Notes under the pieces: model-generated
Databases searched by the model: none
Seen by the model: the letters and a program-made list of their open reading frames with translations, nothing else
Told to the model about the DNA's origin: nothing
Shown here: piece by piece, positions 40,095 through 53,217 of the stretch
Position numbering within the stretch: position 1 is the stretch's first letter
Layout of the letters: every line of letters starts with the position of its first letter
NCBI RefSeq assembly: GCF_006345805.1
Contig: NC_042998.1
Coordinates: forward strand, 187,116,001-187,180,000
Source of the DNA: Octopus sinensis
Lineage: Eukaryota
Length of the DNA: 64,000 bases
Direction: 5' to 3'
Made by a program: the position numbers and the translations under genes

Positions 40095-41622
40095 GAAATC
40101 TTTTCTGTTTGGCTGCCAGCATTTCAAAAATTTTATCGAAAATTTTAAAATTTGGTACATTAATGTAGTTTTCCAAGCTGAATTGCTGGAGTTATTTCAC
40201 TTTTTCAAGAAAAATGTTTTAAAAAAGTTATAGAGGTTTACAGTTTGATCATTTCCACCCAGTCAGGAATCAGGATTTGGAAGCAAGCTGTCATCTTGTG
40301 CGTGACTGCATATTTTGTCGTCAACATCTTGAAAATAGCACGTGTTGTCAATATTTGTATTCTACACACGGAAAACGAGTAAACAACACATCTTTTAAAG
40401 TTTGAAGCCTTCAATATGCATTTGATGCGATAGCACGAACCTAAAGGATTTCTCAAAAAATGTTATTTAGCTGTTATTTTTAGCACACTTCACAATCACC
40501 TCAATGACAAAAAAAAAAGAAAGACTAAACAACACGTCTTTTGCAGCTTTAAGCATTCAATATCCATACAGAGGACTATGTACTCTCTACTTGTTGAGTG
40601 TGGGTACCATCTTTCGAGTTAAACCCAACGCTGTGGTCCACTGTTCCATGTTCAAAATTATAACCTTCTATTTCAGCAATGTGAGATTATGCCCTCCACA
40701 AATCGCTGAAAATTGTGATTCCTGGAAGATTCGAGTGATGTATGCATTCTTCCAGTGCGTCACGATTCTGACATGGCACTGCATACAGATAAACCTGTCT
40801 GGTATCACGACACACTCCTCCGAAAACCCACTGCTCAAGTTGGGGAGGGTGTTTCGTCGTTCTCAACAATCTTCCCAGGACCACCAGCTTGAATTGGATG
40901 ACAAAGCAAATCTTCTGCACATATTTCCCTAACATAGCTGTTATAATCAACAGCTGTGCAATGGTTCATCCCAAATTCTTCAACACTAAACCGGACTGAA
41001 GTCAATTCCTTAACCCATGGATAAAGGAAAGGCACTATAGTCCTAAGAGGAAGGGTGCCACCTTCAAACCATATACCTTTCCTCACTGACACAGATTCCA
41101 TGCATTCTCAGTGCAAGCAACGCCAGTGCACATTCCCACCACGTCTTTTTGTACTCATAACATGCTTCTTCCTTTTACATAATTTTCTTTTGGATATAAC
41201 ACTCTTTTCTTGTAGGTACGATAGCATCCTCCTCTCTTCTCAGTGTCTCCATCATAGAAGCGAGGTTACTGGAGCTTGCTGCCGTAATCAAACAGATCGG
41301 TAAACTTTCCAAGTGGATAAGACAGTAGAACACAGCGTCAACAAGTGATTTCAATATATTTGTCAACACATGCTTTCTCGCAGACAAACGAGTTCTCGTG
41401 TTACGCTTGTTGCTATGGAAGCAGGCATGAATGTGTATTTGGTTTACGATTGGCTAAAATTATCTAAAATTTTCAAACTTTAATTGCTAATAACTCTTCA
41501 TTTATTGATTTATGTCGAAAATGATTTTCGTGGCATTCATTAGCCTATAAAAGTGTATCATTATACTGAATATGAAATCAATTCGAACAGAAACTGACAC
41601 TGGCAACCAAACAGAAAAGATC
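40095..41622 (-). mobile_element. Merlin (IS1016/IS1595-like DDE) DNA transposon, complete ends, decayed transposase
   Basis: GGPGKIVENDET...QWVFGGVCRDTRQVYLYAV...LPGITIFSDLWRA; 22-bp TIR atcttttctgtttggctgccag / ctggcaaccaaacagaaaagat; 8-bp TSD accagtgt (40087-40094 and 41623-41630). Confidence 0.92.
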
Positions 41623-42119
41623 ACCAGTGTCGTTACAGGTGTTGCTGTCATAATGCAAAGAAAGAACCAGAACAGATACTGCAGGATATCTTGCTTGACT
41701 CTTTAACAGTTTCATCAGTCTATCGCCTTGGGTTGGTACTTTTTTCTTGATTCCCAAAGCATGAAAGGCAAATTAACTTAGCGAGATTTGAACTCACAGA
41801 CAGACAGTCGGAATACCCGAGATATTCTACCCAATGTTCTGACGAATCTGTCGCGTCATCACCTGGATAATTTACAGCAATATTTCTCAGAGAAGCTTCT
41901 GAGGAACTTCACAACTCCGTGAATAGATTCTGGGGCTTCGTGAAATAAGTTGTCTTTTAATACAATCTAATTTCTGAAACTATGGTATTCGCTCATTTCC
42001 AAAAATAGTTATTTTATAGGTGCAGGTATGACTGTGTGGTTAAGAACTTCTCTTCACAACCATCTGGTTTCGGGTTCAATACCACTGCGTGGTACCTTGT
42101 GCAAGTGTCTTCTACATAA

Positions 42120-42560
42120 ACATCGATACCAAACCGTTAATTAACGAAATTGACATTTTTGTTAACGATTTAACTTTTAAGTTAACTTTGGAAATCATTG
42201 GACCAATTAACTTCCGTTAACTCAAGTCCGCCCGAGGTAATTTCCGTTAACTCAAGTTACTGCGACGATCTTTTGGCTTAAGGACTTGAAGTCCGAGGGC
42301 GTCGTCTACTGCAGCCCCTTGGTCGACGCACTTTTAGTAGGCATCGACAAAAGGTTTAGGACCCTCTTGGAGGATGAGGAATGCCAGCTGGCTGCTGCAT
42401 TCCACCCCAGGTTTCGCCTCATCTTGTTGGATAAATATGACAACCAAGGTGAGGAAAAGCATGGAGGGTAAGGTCGAGGAGGCCATGAGGCTGACGTCTG
42501 ACGAAGTGAGTAGCAACAGTGGAGGCAGTAAAAACGAAGGGGAGGATGACTTCTTCAATG
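42120..42560 (+). mobile_element. hAT-like fragment with gttaac-rich subterminal repeats
   Basis: LVDALLVGIDKRFRTLLEDEECQLAAAFHPRF matches the hAT C-terminal L...RF...LAA.LHP.F motif. Confidence 0.65.
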
Positions 42561-42568
42561 GTGTCAAA

Positions 42569-42822
42569 GGGTTAGGGTTAGGGTTAGTGACAGGATGTTG
42601 TCTCAGTTTTAGACGCAGCAAATGATTTTAGCTCAATAGAGGCCATCGATTGGTTAAAATTCGAAAAATTAAACTACGTTAAACTTACAAATTACAATTT
42701 TCTCAAGAAAGCCAAGAGAAAAAAATGTTTTATTTTGACACATTCTACCAGTATACGAAGTTTAAAAGTGTTTAGTTAACTAAAAATTGTGTCGAAAACT
42801 GCCGTTCAAAAGGAAAAGATCC
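42569..42822. mobile_element. Diverged Merlin-type MITE, right portion including (TTAGGG)n
   Basis: gggttagggttagggttag ... aaaactgccgttcaaaaggaaaagatcc. Confidence 0.75.
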
Positions 42823-45422
42823 GAGTTTTTGACTATGAAGACACTCCCAGATTAGTAAGTTCGATACAATACATGCTCAATTTGAACTTCTGTGTGTTGA
42901 CTTGAGGAAGAGTTCCAGGATGCTTCGATCCCGAAGAAAAAAAAAGGATTGGAAAAAAAAGTGCCCTATATGATGTGGTTTGGTTAGGTAAAAGGAAAAA
43001 AGTTGAAAAGGATACTCCAGTGGACTCGGCGGAAGTAAAATGCATGTTAAGAGGACCATAGGTTATTATAGTTATGACTGAAGAGATAAATAAAGCGGAG
43101 AAACAAATATTGTTGTTGTTGTTATTGTTGTTAAGCAACAAGACGGGTAAGGGTGATTAGGTGATGGTCTAGGGCTTAGGGGCGGGAGACCCCAGACCTT
43201 GGAAAAAAAAAAAACTTTGGTTGTCTTGTAGTCGAGGGCTCTTCGTTGACGCCCGACACCACTGGGAGGTGGCCCTCGAAGTCGCTGGAAATGGAGATCT
43301 CCAGGTCCAAATTCTTGAACGGCAAACAAATACTATGTGAACCAGCGGTGTGTTGGTGGGTAAATCTATGTTAATCCACCAAAATAGCCCTTTTTAACCC
43401 GAGAAGGTGTATTCACTATTTATATGCTATAATTTTCCTTCGTGAACATTTCAATGAAAGATCATATTAACAAGAATGGCTGGTGTTTATTTCGTTTGCT
43501 ATTATATTTATTAGTATTTACTTTATTATGTCTACTATTATATTCATACAGCTACATTTGATGTATAACTAATATACCATAAAATCTGGTATATATTTTG
43601 TAATAGCTATTTAACCATATACTGTATAACTACATTTTTCGTGGATGGATGTGTTTGCGATATATGTTTGTGTTTGAAATTGTGATGGTTCGGTATGCGG
43701 ATAAGGAGGAGAAAATGCATCCCCTAAATTGATACTGCGTCTCATGGCTATATTTGATTGAATGCATACATATTTAATAGATACACTTGCACATAGAAGA
43801 TATTTAACGACTACAGTAGTAATAATAGCTTAGACAATGTATCGACCATCTCAACATATAAAATGATAAAGTATATAAAACGATACCTACCGCTTATCAT
43901 TCCGCCATGTTGTCCACATATCCAATAACAATAACTTATGGTTTTTAATCTCTCTTATGAAATCATCTACAAACGAACAGATACGAACAGAGTAATAAGT
44001 TTAAAATAGAAACTTATTTCTTAATTGTTGGTTTACGATAATAGCAACCTTCGTTTCTGGTTGCTTGCTTTTCATGACATTCTTTGTTACGAAAAATTTG
44101 CTAACAGTGTTTGAATATTGTTGCTTATTATATATTATAACAGAGTAAAATTTCTGGTGTGATAAAGTGAGTTATAGTTTAGTCAAGAGTTCAGATCAAG
44201 TGAATTATTATTTCTGTACTGTGTTTTTACAAATGTATATTTTTAATGAAACTTGACTTGCAGTCATTATGTATGCTAAAGATTTTCGTTTATTTATATA
44301 TATCCAGTCTATAAACGTGAAGGTATAGAATAGCTCAAGTTAGTCGTTCAAGATATATTTGAGAGACTTGTTTGAACCACATTACCTATATTGCTTCTTG
44401 GTTGAAAATGATTTAGCTGCGAAACTGATAGATTTTTTTTATTATTATTTATGGAAAGTTGTTGGAAACTGAATTGTCCCAGACTAACTCAATTACCTTA
44501 AAGTATTTAGTTTCGCTCCACTGCCTTCAGAGTTCAAACCCAAATACTTTCCAACACTTCAAGTGCAATAAAATGACAATAATTTCAATTCTTCCCATTT
44601 TAAAATTGGCCGAGTGCCTAGATAAATGAAATTTATTTGTACAACATGTATATTTACTTCAAATACAACAGAATAATCCCACTATAAGTCAATGAAAACA
44701 TTTTTCTTGTCTATTAACTTTCATGACCGTTTCACTGAAGTAACTTCTTTTGATCTGCAGGCATCTCCTATACGTTTACCACATCTCATAAATACTTAAG
44801 TTTTCAATGTGTACTTGATACAAAATACAAGATATTCACCCTTCATTTTTCGACTGCTCCTCTACCGTTAGTTACTAACTCAGCTATGATGTAGAAAAGG
44901 TTACTGTATATCTAAATACATTTTCCTAAAGCTGCACATTTGAGTCGGTACTTATCAAAATAATCAAGTGAGGAAATAAATACAGATTAATATTTTTGTA
45001 ATGATTCAAGAGAAATAAGAACTTTCTTTTATTGTATTGCTTTCTATCTGATGTTTCTAAAGAGATGAAACTAATTTGGACAGTAACCAATTTATTTTAT
45101 ACTACTGATAAAGAACGTTAAAAAAAAGTATACTTGAATGACGCTAACGTCTTTTATAACTTATTTTGAGGAGGAGAAATAGGAGGGAACGAAGAGGAAG
45201 TGGTGGAGGAGGAGGAGGGAAAGGAAAGGGTGATAGTACCCGTGGTCTCTTCCGGTCCTCTTAGACAAGCAAATAAATGTAACCGAAAGATGTAAATACT
45301 GTTAATATTCATTTTGAATTATTACTGGTTACTAGTTTGCGAGAAGAAGGAGGAAGTTGTAGAAACTCTTGAAGTTCTAAGAAAAAAAATTTTACTTAGA
45401 AACTGGTGCAAAAAGAAATTTT

Positions 45423-45840
45423 GGATCTTTTCGGTTTGAACGGCAGTTTTCAACATAATTTCTAGGTAACTAAAAAATGTTAAACTTCGTATACTGGTAG
45501 AATGTGTTTATAAAACATCTTTTTCTCTTGGTTTTATTGAGAAAATTCTATAGTTTGTAAGATATTTGTTGTTTTTTTCTTCAATTTCTGCAATTTCAAC
45601 CAATCAATGACGTCTATTGAGGTAAAAAAAAAACATTCTGTGCCGTATGAATATGTCCCTCGTTTAAGAAACAGATTTGGTTTATTTACATTTGTGAAGA
45701 AAAAATATACCCTTCCCCCAACTCTAACCCTAACCCTAAAACAGATTGAAATGCAATAGATCGATACTAGGGTCAAAATTATGGGTGACAATTTCATATG
45801 ACATCGCTAGAAAAAACTGCCGTTCAAACCAAAAAGATCC
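45423..45840. mobile_element. Merlin-type MITE, 418 bp
   Basis: 28-bp TIR ggatcttttcggtttgaacggcagtttt; perfect 8-bp TSD gaaatttt. Confidence 0.95.
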
Positions 45841-46127
45841 GAAATTTTAGAAGTATCTACCGAGCTTTTGGTGGCTTTATTTTAATGCCGTTGTCTGTAG
45901 TTGCTTTCTAAGGTCTTCACTCAGTTGCTTCTTTTGTGTAAATTATGCTTTATGTAACGTATTTTAGAAAGTTGCCAAGATCATAGCTTGATAGAATAAT
46001 AGAAACGATGACTAGTGCCAAATTTGAGGCATTTCCACTAAAATTGGTATTTTGCTGATTGCGAACAAAAAAGTTAAGGTAGAGTTTATCCCATCACCAA
46101 ATACATTTCTATTTCAGAACTTGTAAT

Positions 46128-46543
46128 GGATCTTTTCGGTTTGAACGGCAGTTTTTTCTAGCGGCGTCATATGAAATTGTCACCCATAATTATGACCCTA
46201 GTATCGATCTATTGCATTTCAATCTGTTTTAGGGTTAGGGTTAGGGGTGGGGGAAGGGTATCTTTTTTCTTCAGAAATGTAAATAAACCCAATCTGTTTC
46301 TTAAACGCGGGACATATTCATACGGTACAGAATATTTTCACCCCAAATGGACGTCATTGATTGGTTGAAATTGAAGAAATTGAAGAAAAAAAACAACAAA
46401 TATCTTACAAACTATAGAATTTTCTCAATAAAGCCCAAAGAAAAAGATGTTTTATAAACACATTCTACCAGTATACGAAGTTTAAAAGTGTTTAGTTACG
46501 TGGAAATTATTTTTAAAAACTGCCGTTCAAACCGAAAAGATCC
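46128..46543. mobile_element. Merlin-type MITE, 416 bp, inverted relative to 45423
   Basis: Same TIR; TSD cttgtaat / cttgtagt. Confidence 0.95.
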
Positions 46544-46789
46544 CTTGTAGTTAATCTCTGTACTATTACATTCCTTTTAAAAAGCAATAAAAGGATTCAT
46601 TTGAAAATCTTGTCCCATTTCGCTTTATTCTTAGAAATGAAAAAGAATACCCTACAGAAATTCTAAGTAAATTCTTAGTCTTAATCTTCTGAAGTATTTC
46701 TATATCGTACAAAAAAATATTGTGTGACGTGATTCGTGTGTTAAGTTTGTATGTATATTTGAAACAGGAGATTTCTGTCTGTAAGTAGA

Positions 46790-47300
46790 AGTTATGTAAT
46801 AAATATGTTAGGTGAATGAGGTGGGTAGCTGATGTTCTGGTGAGATGGGATGGGGTGAAGTGAGGCGGGAGTAACAGAGGATGAAGCATGGATGCGTTGA
46901 ATAGGCATGGATAACGACAGTATGCAATTCGTTAATTCAGTGGGGAAAGACGAGGTCTGCAAGTGGTAGGGTTGAGCCGAACAGACCGAGGTCCGCCGGG
47001 ACAAGGAGGGCCACGTCACTTTCTGCCGGATTTTGCCCTCCAGAAAAAAAAATCTCACAGTCTCTTTGAGTTTCAAGAGGATCTCCTCCTCCTTGCGGAA
47101 CGCCAGAGCAGTCTTATTCCTCCCCTTTTTCAAAATTTCTCTTCGAGGCTTTGGATTCAGATGCGAAGGAAGACAGCACATCTGTGGACTGGAAACGTTA
47201 TGAACCTCAGCGAATCTGTTAGAGTGCCTTCTTTTGCATACAGCTTAAGATGTTTGTCAGTGTGGGTGGCAGCAGGATAGTTGATTGCAGATTTTATTTG
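46790..47300 (-). mobile_element. Possible LINE ORF2 3' end relic
   Basis: GC-richer island; LAFRKEEEILLKLKETVRFFFLEGKIR loosely resembles L1/Tx1 C-termini. Confidence 0.25.
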
Positions 47301-48185
47301 GACTTTATCGTGGGCCAACAATTGATGAGCGACGGATTATTTTCTGATCCTGAACAAGAAGATTAATCTTTGGCGTGCAATATTAGCTGTGTTTTATCTG
47401 TAGAGTCGCTGTCTCTATATATGTATTGTAGACTTCTTATTTCGAAATCGCTTTTTATGATATCTTTATAATGTAAAGGCGGCGAGCTGGCAGAAACGTT
47501 AGCACTTCGGACGAAATTAAAATTCGCCATTACAGCAGCCAACGAGAATGCCGGATGCATTTTGACCTTTTTGGATCTTTTCAGTGACAGGTATTCGCAG
47601 CCCTCGATTTTTTTACTCTCCCGATATTTATAGTGTTTTTAAGACAGTGCTTTTATAAACGATATTATCTCAGGATGAATACAGCAGTAACTGGTCTATT
47701 AACTGTGTATATACCTTAAGTATGATGTATAAATGGTTATTAAAATTTAAGTTAACAAAATTTAATGTACTTGCTTAAAAGAAAACAATCAGGTCTTTGT
47801 TAATACACACGGCGACAGCTATAGGCATTTTTCGATCTTACTGAACTTTGTCAGTAAGCACTGTAAACCACGAGCCTGCTTGTTCAGTCGATAAAGATTT
47901 TACAAAAAGAACTAAGCACTCATCTAAATTCATCCAAATTTATGTTTTGTCCCACTTGAGTTATTTCTCCTTGTATTTTTTTTAACATCTGCTAATTCTA
48001 TACGTATACTTGGGTAGAGAAAAAAGTAAGAGATATTCATTGAAATATCGTAAGTGAATAGATTAAACGTCTCAGTTCAAAAGATAGTGGAAAGAAAATA
48101 TACCTTATTTATAAAACATTAACACCTACCCACCTACAGAGGTACACACGAATATATATAAATTTGCATATGCTCTCCACGCATG

Positions 48186-48239
<54 letters not shown>

Positions 48240-48309
48240 TATATATGCATATATATATATATATATGCATATATATATGCATATATATATATATATATAT
48301 ATATGCATG

Positions 48310-48367
<58 letters not shown>

Positions 48368-48368
48368 C

Positions 48369-48417
<49 letters not shown>

Positions 48418-48435
48418 AGTATATATATATATATC

Positions 48436-48634
48436 CATTGCCGCTGATCTTACCAATCGGTTTCGCATTAGTGGTTCAACGGAGTGTTAGGTAACAATCC
48501 AAATATATAACCCTGCACTCTTCAGAGTTAGCCGTTATGGAATCTGAAGAGTGCAGGGTTACATAATCGGACTGTTACCTAAACACTCCGTTGAACCCCT
48601 AGTGCGAAACCAATTGGTAAGATCGGCCGCAATG
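48436..48634. ncRNA. Inverted pair of hammerhead-like units (about 91-bp arms, 16-nt loop)
   Basis: CTGAAGA-GTGCAGGG...CCCTAGTGC-GAAA-CCAATTGGTA at 48544-48619; mirror copy on the minus strand. Confidence 0.55.
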
Positions 48635-49129
48635 TATATACACGTCGATTTATATATCCATTCTACTGACTGTTATACGACTGCATTTTTCCTGACTTAT
48701 GAACTCTTACACGGCTTACATGCATGTGTGAGTGTGTGTATACTAAGGCTACCATTGGTTTCATGTTTAAAAAATATCTTATCAATTTTTCAAGCCGATC
48801 ACATGGAGGACTGGTGTTCGTCTCCATTTTGGATGAAAACACAAAAAAGTAATTTACAAAAAGTTTCGTAAAAACAAGAACTCAAAGGAGTAATTATCTC
48901 CCTTGGACTTGACTTATGAGGAAAAAGAACCGTGTAGGATGGTGAATTTGTTTGCATTATATTATATTATATTATATTATATTATATTATATTATATTAT
49001 ATTATATTCTGGGTATATGTGATGCTCGTATGTTTGTGTGCTGAGGGAGTTCGTCTGTGGGGAATTGTTTGTTTTTTTCTATGTGTGAAGTTAGTGTGTT
49101 GTATATATTCAAAGTTCACATTCAGGAAA

Positions 49130-49500
49130 CGAAATTATTCTTGTGAGATTGGCGGCGCGGGTGGTGGTTCCACTTTGAAATCTCGAAGTGTGAAATATCG
49201 CTTGTGTATGCAGAGAGAGAGTGTTTCATCCCTAATATTTAGGATGTTATCTGTTGACTGTATGATATTTAGATTTTCAGTGATACAGAGTTCACATTTG
49301 GTATCCCGTTTTCTGTGTTTTCTGGCTTTAGCAGTGATGCTCTATGGTTATCCGGGTTTGCTTACTTCTTTCAATGTTCATATCATATTGGATAAGGATG
49401 TCGCATGTCTTTTATTTTTGACCCTGAATGACGCCAGGTGTTGTGTGTATCTTCCCTTGAGCGAGTTGCCCGTCATTCCGATATACGTCTTTGTTATATA
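49130..49500 (-). mobile_element. Penelope-like element, GIY-YIG endonuclease C-terminal relic
   Basis: KTYIGMTGNSLKGRYTQHLASF...HATSLSNMI*...KCELCITENLNII...LNIRDETLSLCIHKRYFTL. Confidence 0.85.
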
Positions 49501-49660
49501 TATATATATTATATATATATATATATATAACACGACGCTTGCCTCTCGTGAATTTCTAAGTGCAAAAGCCGAGAACAATTGGAAAGGAACTGGTAGAAAA
49601 ACCTTATTAAAGAATCTAGGAAGTTATTCGTTATATATGTGTGTGTAATATAATATAATG

Positions 49661-49756
<96 letters not shown>

Positions 49757-50200
49757 CTCTGTGTGTCTCTCTCTCTCACACATAACACACACATGCATGT
49801 ATGTATGTATTAAACGAAATATCCGTCGTTTTTGAGGATGATTATTCTTGTAATTTGATCAACTGAAAAGCCTATTCATTAAACTATAATATTAGAGATT
49901 CTTGGTCCCGTAACGTAAGCTTCAAGCACAATCAACTTGATACAGTGTCTAACTTGATTGGTCTTTTGAATTACGAGTACAATCTATCCGATGGGCTTCT
50001 ATAGTTTCTGTCTATCCAATTGCGCTCGCATGGCTTGAGTCGATTCGAAAAATCTGGAGCGACATTTTTCCAAGATGCTATGCAGTGGAAACGAATCCCA
50101 AACCTCACGATTGTGAAACAAATTTGTTAACTATTCATTCATGCTTATGCGTATATTCATACCTACTAGCCTACAAGTATGTACATATACGTACACACAA

Positions 50201-50241
<41 letters not shown>

Positions 50242-50243
<2 letters not shown>

Positions 50244-50555
50244 GAGGCGCAATGGCCCAGTGGTTAGGGCAGCGGACTCGTGTTCGTAGGATCGCAGCTT
50301 CAATTCCCAGACCGGGCACTGTGAGTGTTTATTGAGCGAAAACACCTAAAGTTCCACGGAGCTCCGGCAGAGGTGGGGGGGGGGTGATCCCTGCTGTACT
50401 CTTTCGCCACACCTTTCTCTCTTTCTTCTGTTGGCCTGCTCGCTTAGCCAGCAGGGGTAGCTTCATTTGAAGGCTAAAACAATGCGAAGCGCATTGTGAC
50501 CAGCGATGTGTAGCAACATCTGATGGCCTGGTCGGTCACGGTGATCACGGTGATA
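50242..50555 (+). mobile_element. SINE family C, tail type 2
   Basis: tggaggcgcaatggcccagtggttagggcagcggactc head and gagcgaaaacacctaa...gctccggcag core shared with 14003-14310. Confidence 0.85.
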
Positions 50556-50829
50556 CACACACATACACGCACACACGAGAGGGTGTAGAAAAGTTCTTGA
50601 CCTTAAGGGTGTCGCGAAAGACCTGGTTGGAGTCTCAACCTTCCGAGTTCTTTTACAGGGCTTAGAAGAACCGAAGGGCCGCTGCAATATGTGTATGAAT
50701 CTGTGAGGGTAATATGTTGAATAAAATCATAACTCATCCCTGTATTTTCTTTTACCCAAATTCAGGAAATTTTCAAATATATGTGTGTGTGTGTGTTTGT
50801 GCATACACATGCATACATACATATATAGT

Positions 50830-50862
<33 letters not shown>

Positions 50863-50940
50863 TTCATACAAATAGAGAATGTGGGTATGCGGAATACTTT
50901 GTATAGTGATCTGATATACATGCAGGCTAAGATCAATATA

Positions 50941-51757
50941 CGAGGTCTGATCAAGAAGTATCCGCATGGTTGCCATAGTAACGAAGCTATAGCACGCAGA
51001 GTAAAGCAGAAGCTATAGCTCGGCAGAGATTGACCTTGAACTCTGCCGTGCAAAGTTCCAGCTCACTTCCGCTATTTATAACAGTACTTAGAAGGAAGAT
51101 GTGTAGCGTGTGATTGTTTCATTGTCTATGAGAGAGAAAGTTGTCAGGGCGATACCTGCTCAGAGGCTCAAAGTTGCAGAAAGTGTATGGAGAGGAGTGT
51201 ATGAACCGCGCACAAGTGTACGAGTGATTCAAATGTTTCCAAGATGGCCGAAAAAATGTCGATATTGACGAACGTTCTGGGAGACCCGCAACCAGCAGAA
51301 CCGAGAAGAACATCGCAGATGTGCATGCAGCTGTGAGGGAAAATTGTTATCAGAGGATGTGTTTATTAGTTACGGTTCAGTTCAGTCCATTATCACTGAA
51401 ATTTTCGGTATGAGACGCGTGTCTACCAAGTTTATGCCAAAACTGCTTTCAACTGACCAAAAAGACACCCGGGTTTCAGTTGCATAAGATCTCCTTGATT
51501 GTGTCGAGAACGATGAAAACTTTTTGAGCAGGTATCGCCAAACTTTTGGCAAAAATTTATGCAGTTTCTCTGTCATGGTCAATGCGACGATCACACGCTA
51601 CACATCTTCCGTCCAAGCACTACTGCAAACAGCGGAAGTGAGCAAGAACGTTAAAACTTAGTGCTCGTGCACAGCAGAGTTCCCGGTCAATCTTTGCCAA
51701 GCTTGCATTAGCTTCGTTACTATGGCAACAGTCCGGATACTTATTGATAAGACCACG
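50941..51757 (+). mobile_element. mariner, internally deleted
   Basis: About 55-bp imperfect TIRs; TA TSD; KVYGEECMNRAQVYE*FKCFQDGRKNVDIDERSGRP...RRVSTKFMPKLL. Confidence 0.9.
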
Positions 51758-52001
51758 TACATATAAGATCTTAGATAAATAAAATGTCGATATAAAGATG
51801 ATAAACATTCTCTCGGTTATGAGAACTCAAGTTTCGTGTATGCAAGCGTGCACTCATCAGCGAGCAAAAATATTTTAGTGAGCTGATCAATCTTTTCCCT
51901 TTGGTTGGAATATATCTCCGCCACATCGCGGACATGTCATATTGAAATTCCCCACTTAGAGAAGTAATACGAACAATAAAATTACAATATCATTCAGCTC
52001 A

Positions 52002-52361
52002 TCTCTCTATATATAAACGGCAAAATGTCTCTGTGCGTGTCCTTTATACAAATCCACAATTTTTCAGTTAGAGGGCTCGCACTTTCTATGGTCATTCAAA
52101 ACCGTCCAAGGGTGATCGTGCACATCTTTACATTTCCCCAGTCACCCCGCAAAGCCATTAAAAAATCAATAGAAGTGACTTTTTTGTGAATTTTCTATCC
52201 AAAGGCCAATCAAAATGCCCGAAACTTGATACGCCAATTGAATGCCAGCTAGCTGTATGTGATTGGTCGGAGATTTGGACAGTACTCGCGTGTATGTGCG
52301 CACGCAGCTGTATATGCATGCACTAACACTATGACCCGGCGTTGCCGGGTCATAGTGCTAG
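52002..52361 (+). mobile_element. Non-autonomous Helitron
   Basis: a|tctctctatatataaa; perfect 14-bp stem cactatgacccggc-gtt-gccgggtcatagtg, then ctag|t. Confidence 0.92.
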
Positions 52362-52971
52362 TTCTAAATTAAAACGCTCAACTGCCCTCGGGAGAGTAAT
52401 TTATATGATATTGTTTCAAAATGCATTTCCAATATATTATATTTCATAGCAGAGATACAGAGTGCTCAACACATGATTTTATTTTCTTATGTCTACTCTA
52501 TCAATAACTTATATCACTGTATTTTCGAATGTTTCTTATTGAAAGATGTTTATCTTTCCATATCTATTTGTCTTTATTTCTGTTTACTATGAAAATTTCC
52601 GGTCAAAATTTCTTTTTCACTTTATTTTACAATTGACCTTAATTCTCAAATAGGCCCATAGTCATTTGCAGCCGTAAGATGAAGAAGCCTTATATTTTAA
52701 ATGAAAGATTCATAGCCGAATGTTATATTTCATCTACTATAATAACACTTTTGCTTTTCTCCGTCACAACATATGAATGAGAAAGGAAGGGGTGATGGCA
52801 AACTCGGTAGTGGGATGATGGAAATTCTACGGTGAAAAATTTTTTTAAATTCAAACAGCGTTTCAACTCTGAGTATATATATGTAAAAGGGAGGTATGTG
52901 AATGTCCATATTTCATGGTGGCATGACATCGAATGTCCATATTTCATGGTGGCATGACATGATTCACACAA

Positions 52972-53079
<108 letters not shown>

Positions 53080-53217
53080 AATGGCAGTGGGATGGTGAAC
53101 ATTCAACGCTGAAAAGAAAAATCAAACAGCGTTTCAACTCTGTGTGAGTATATGTGTGTGTGTGTTGTATGTGTGTGCGTGTACAAGGGAAGTATGCGAA
53201 TGTTTGTATGTGTGAAT

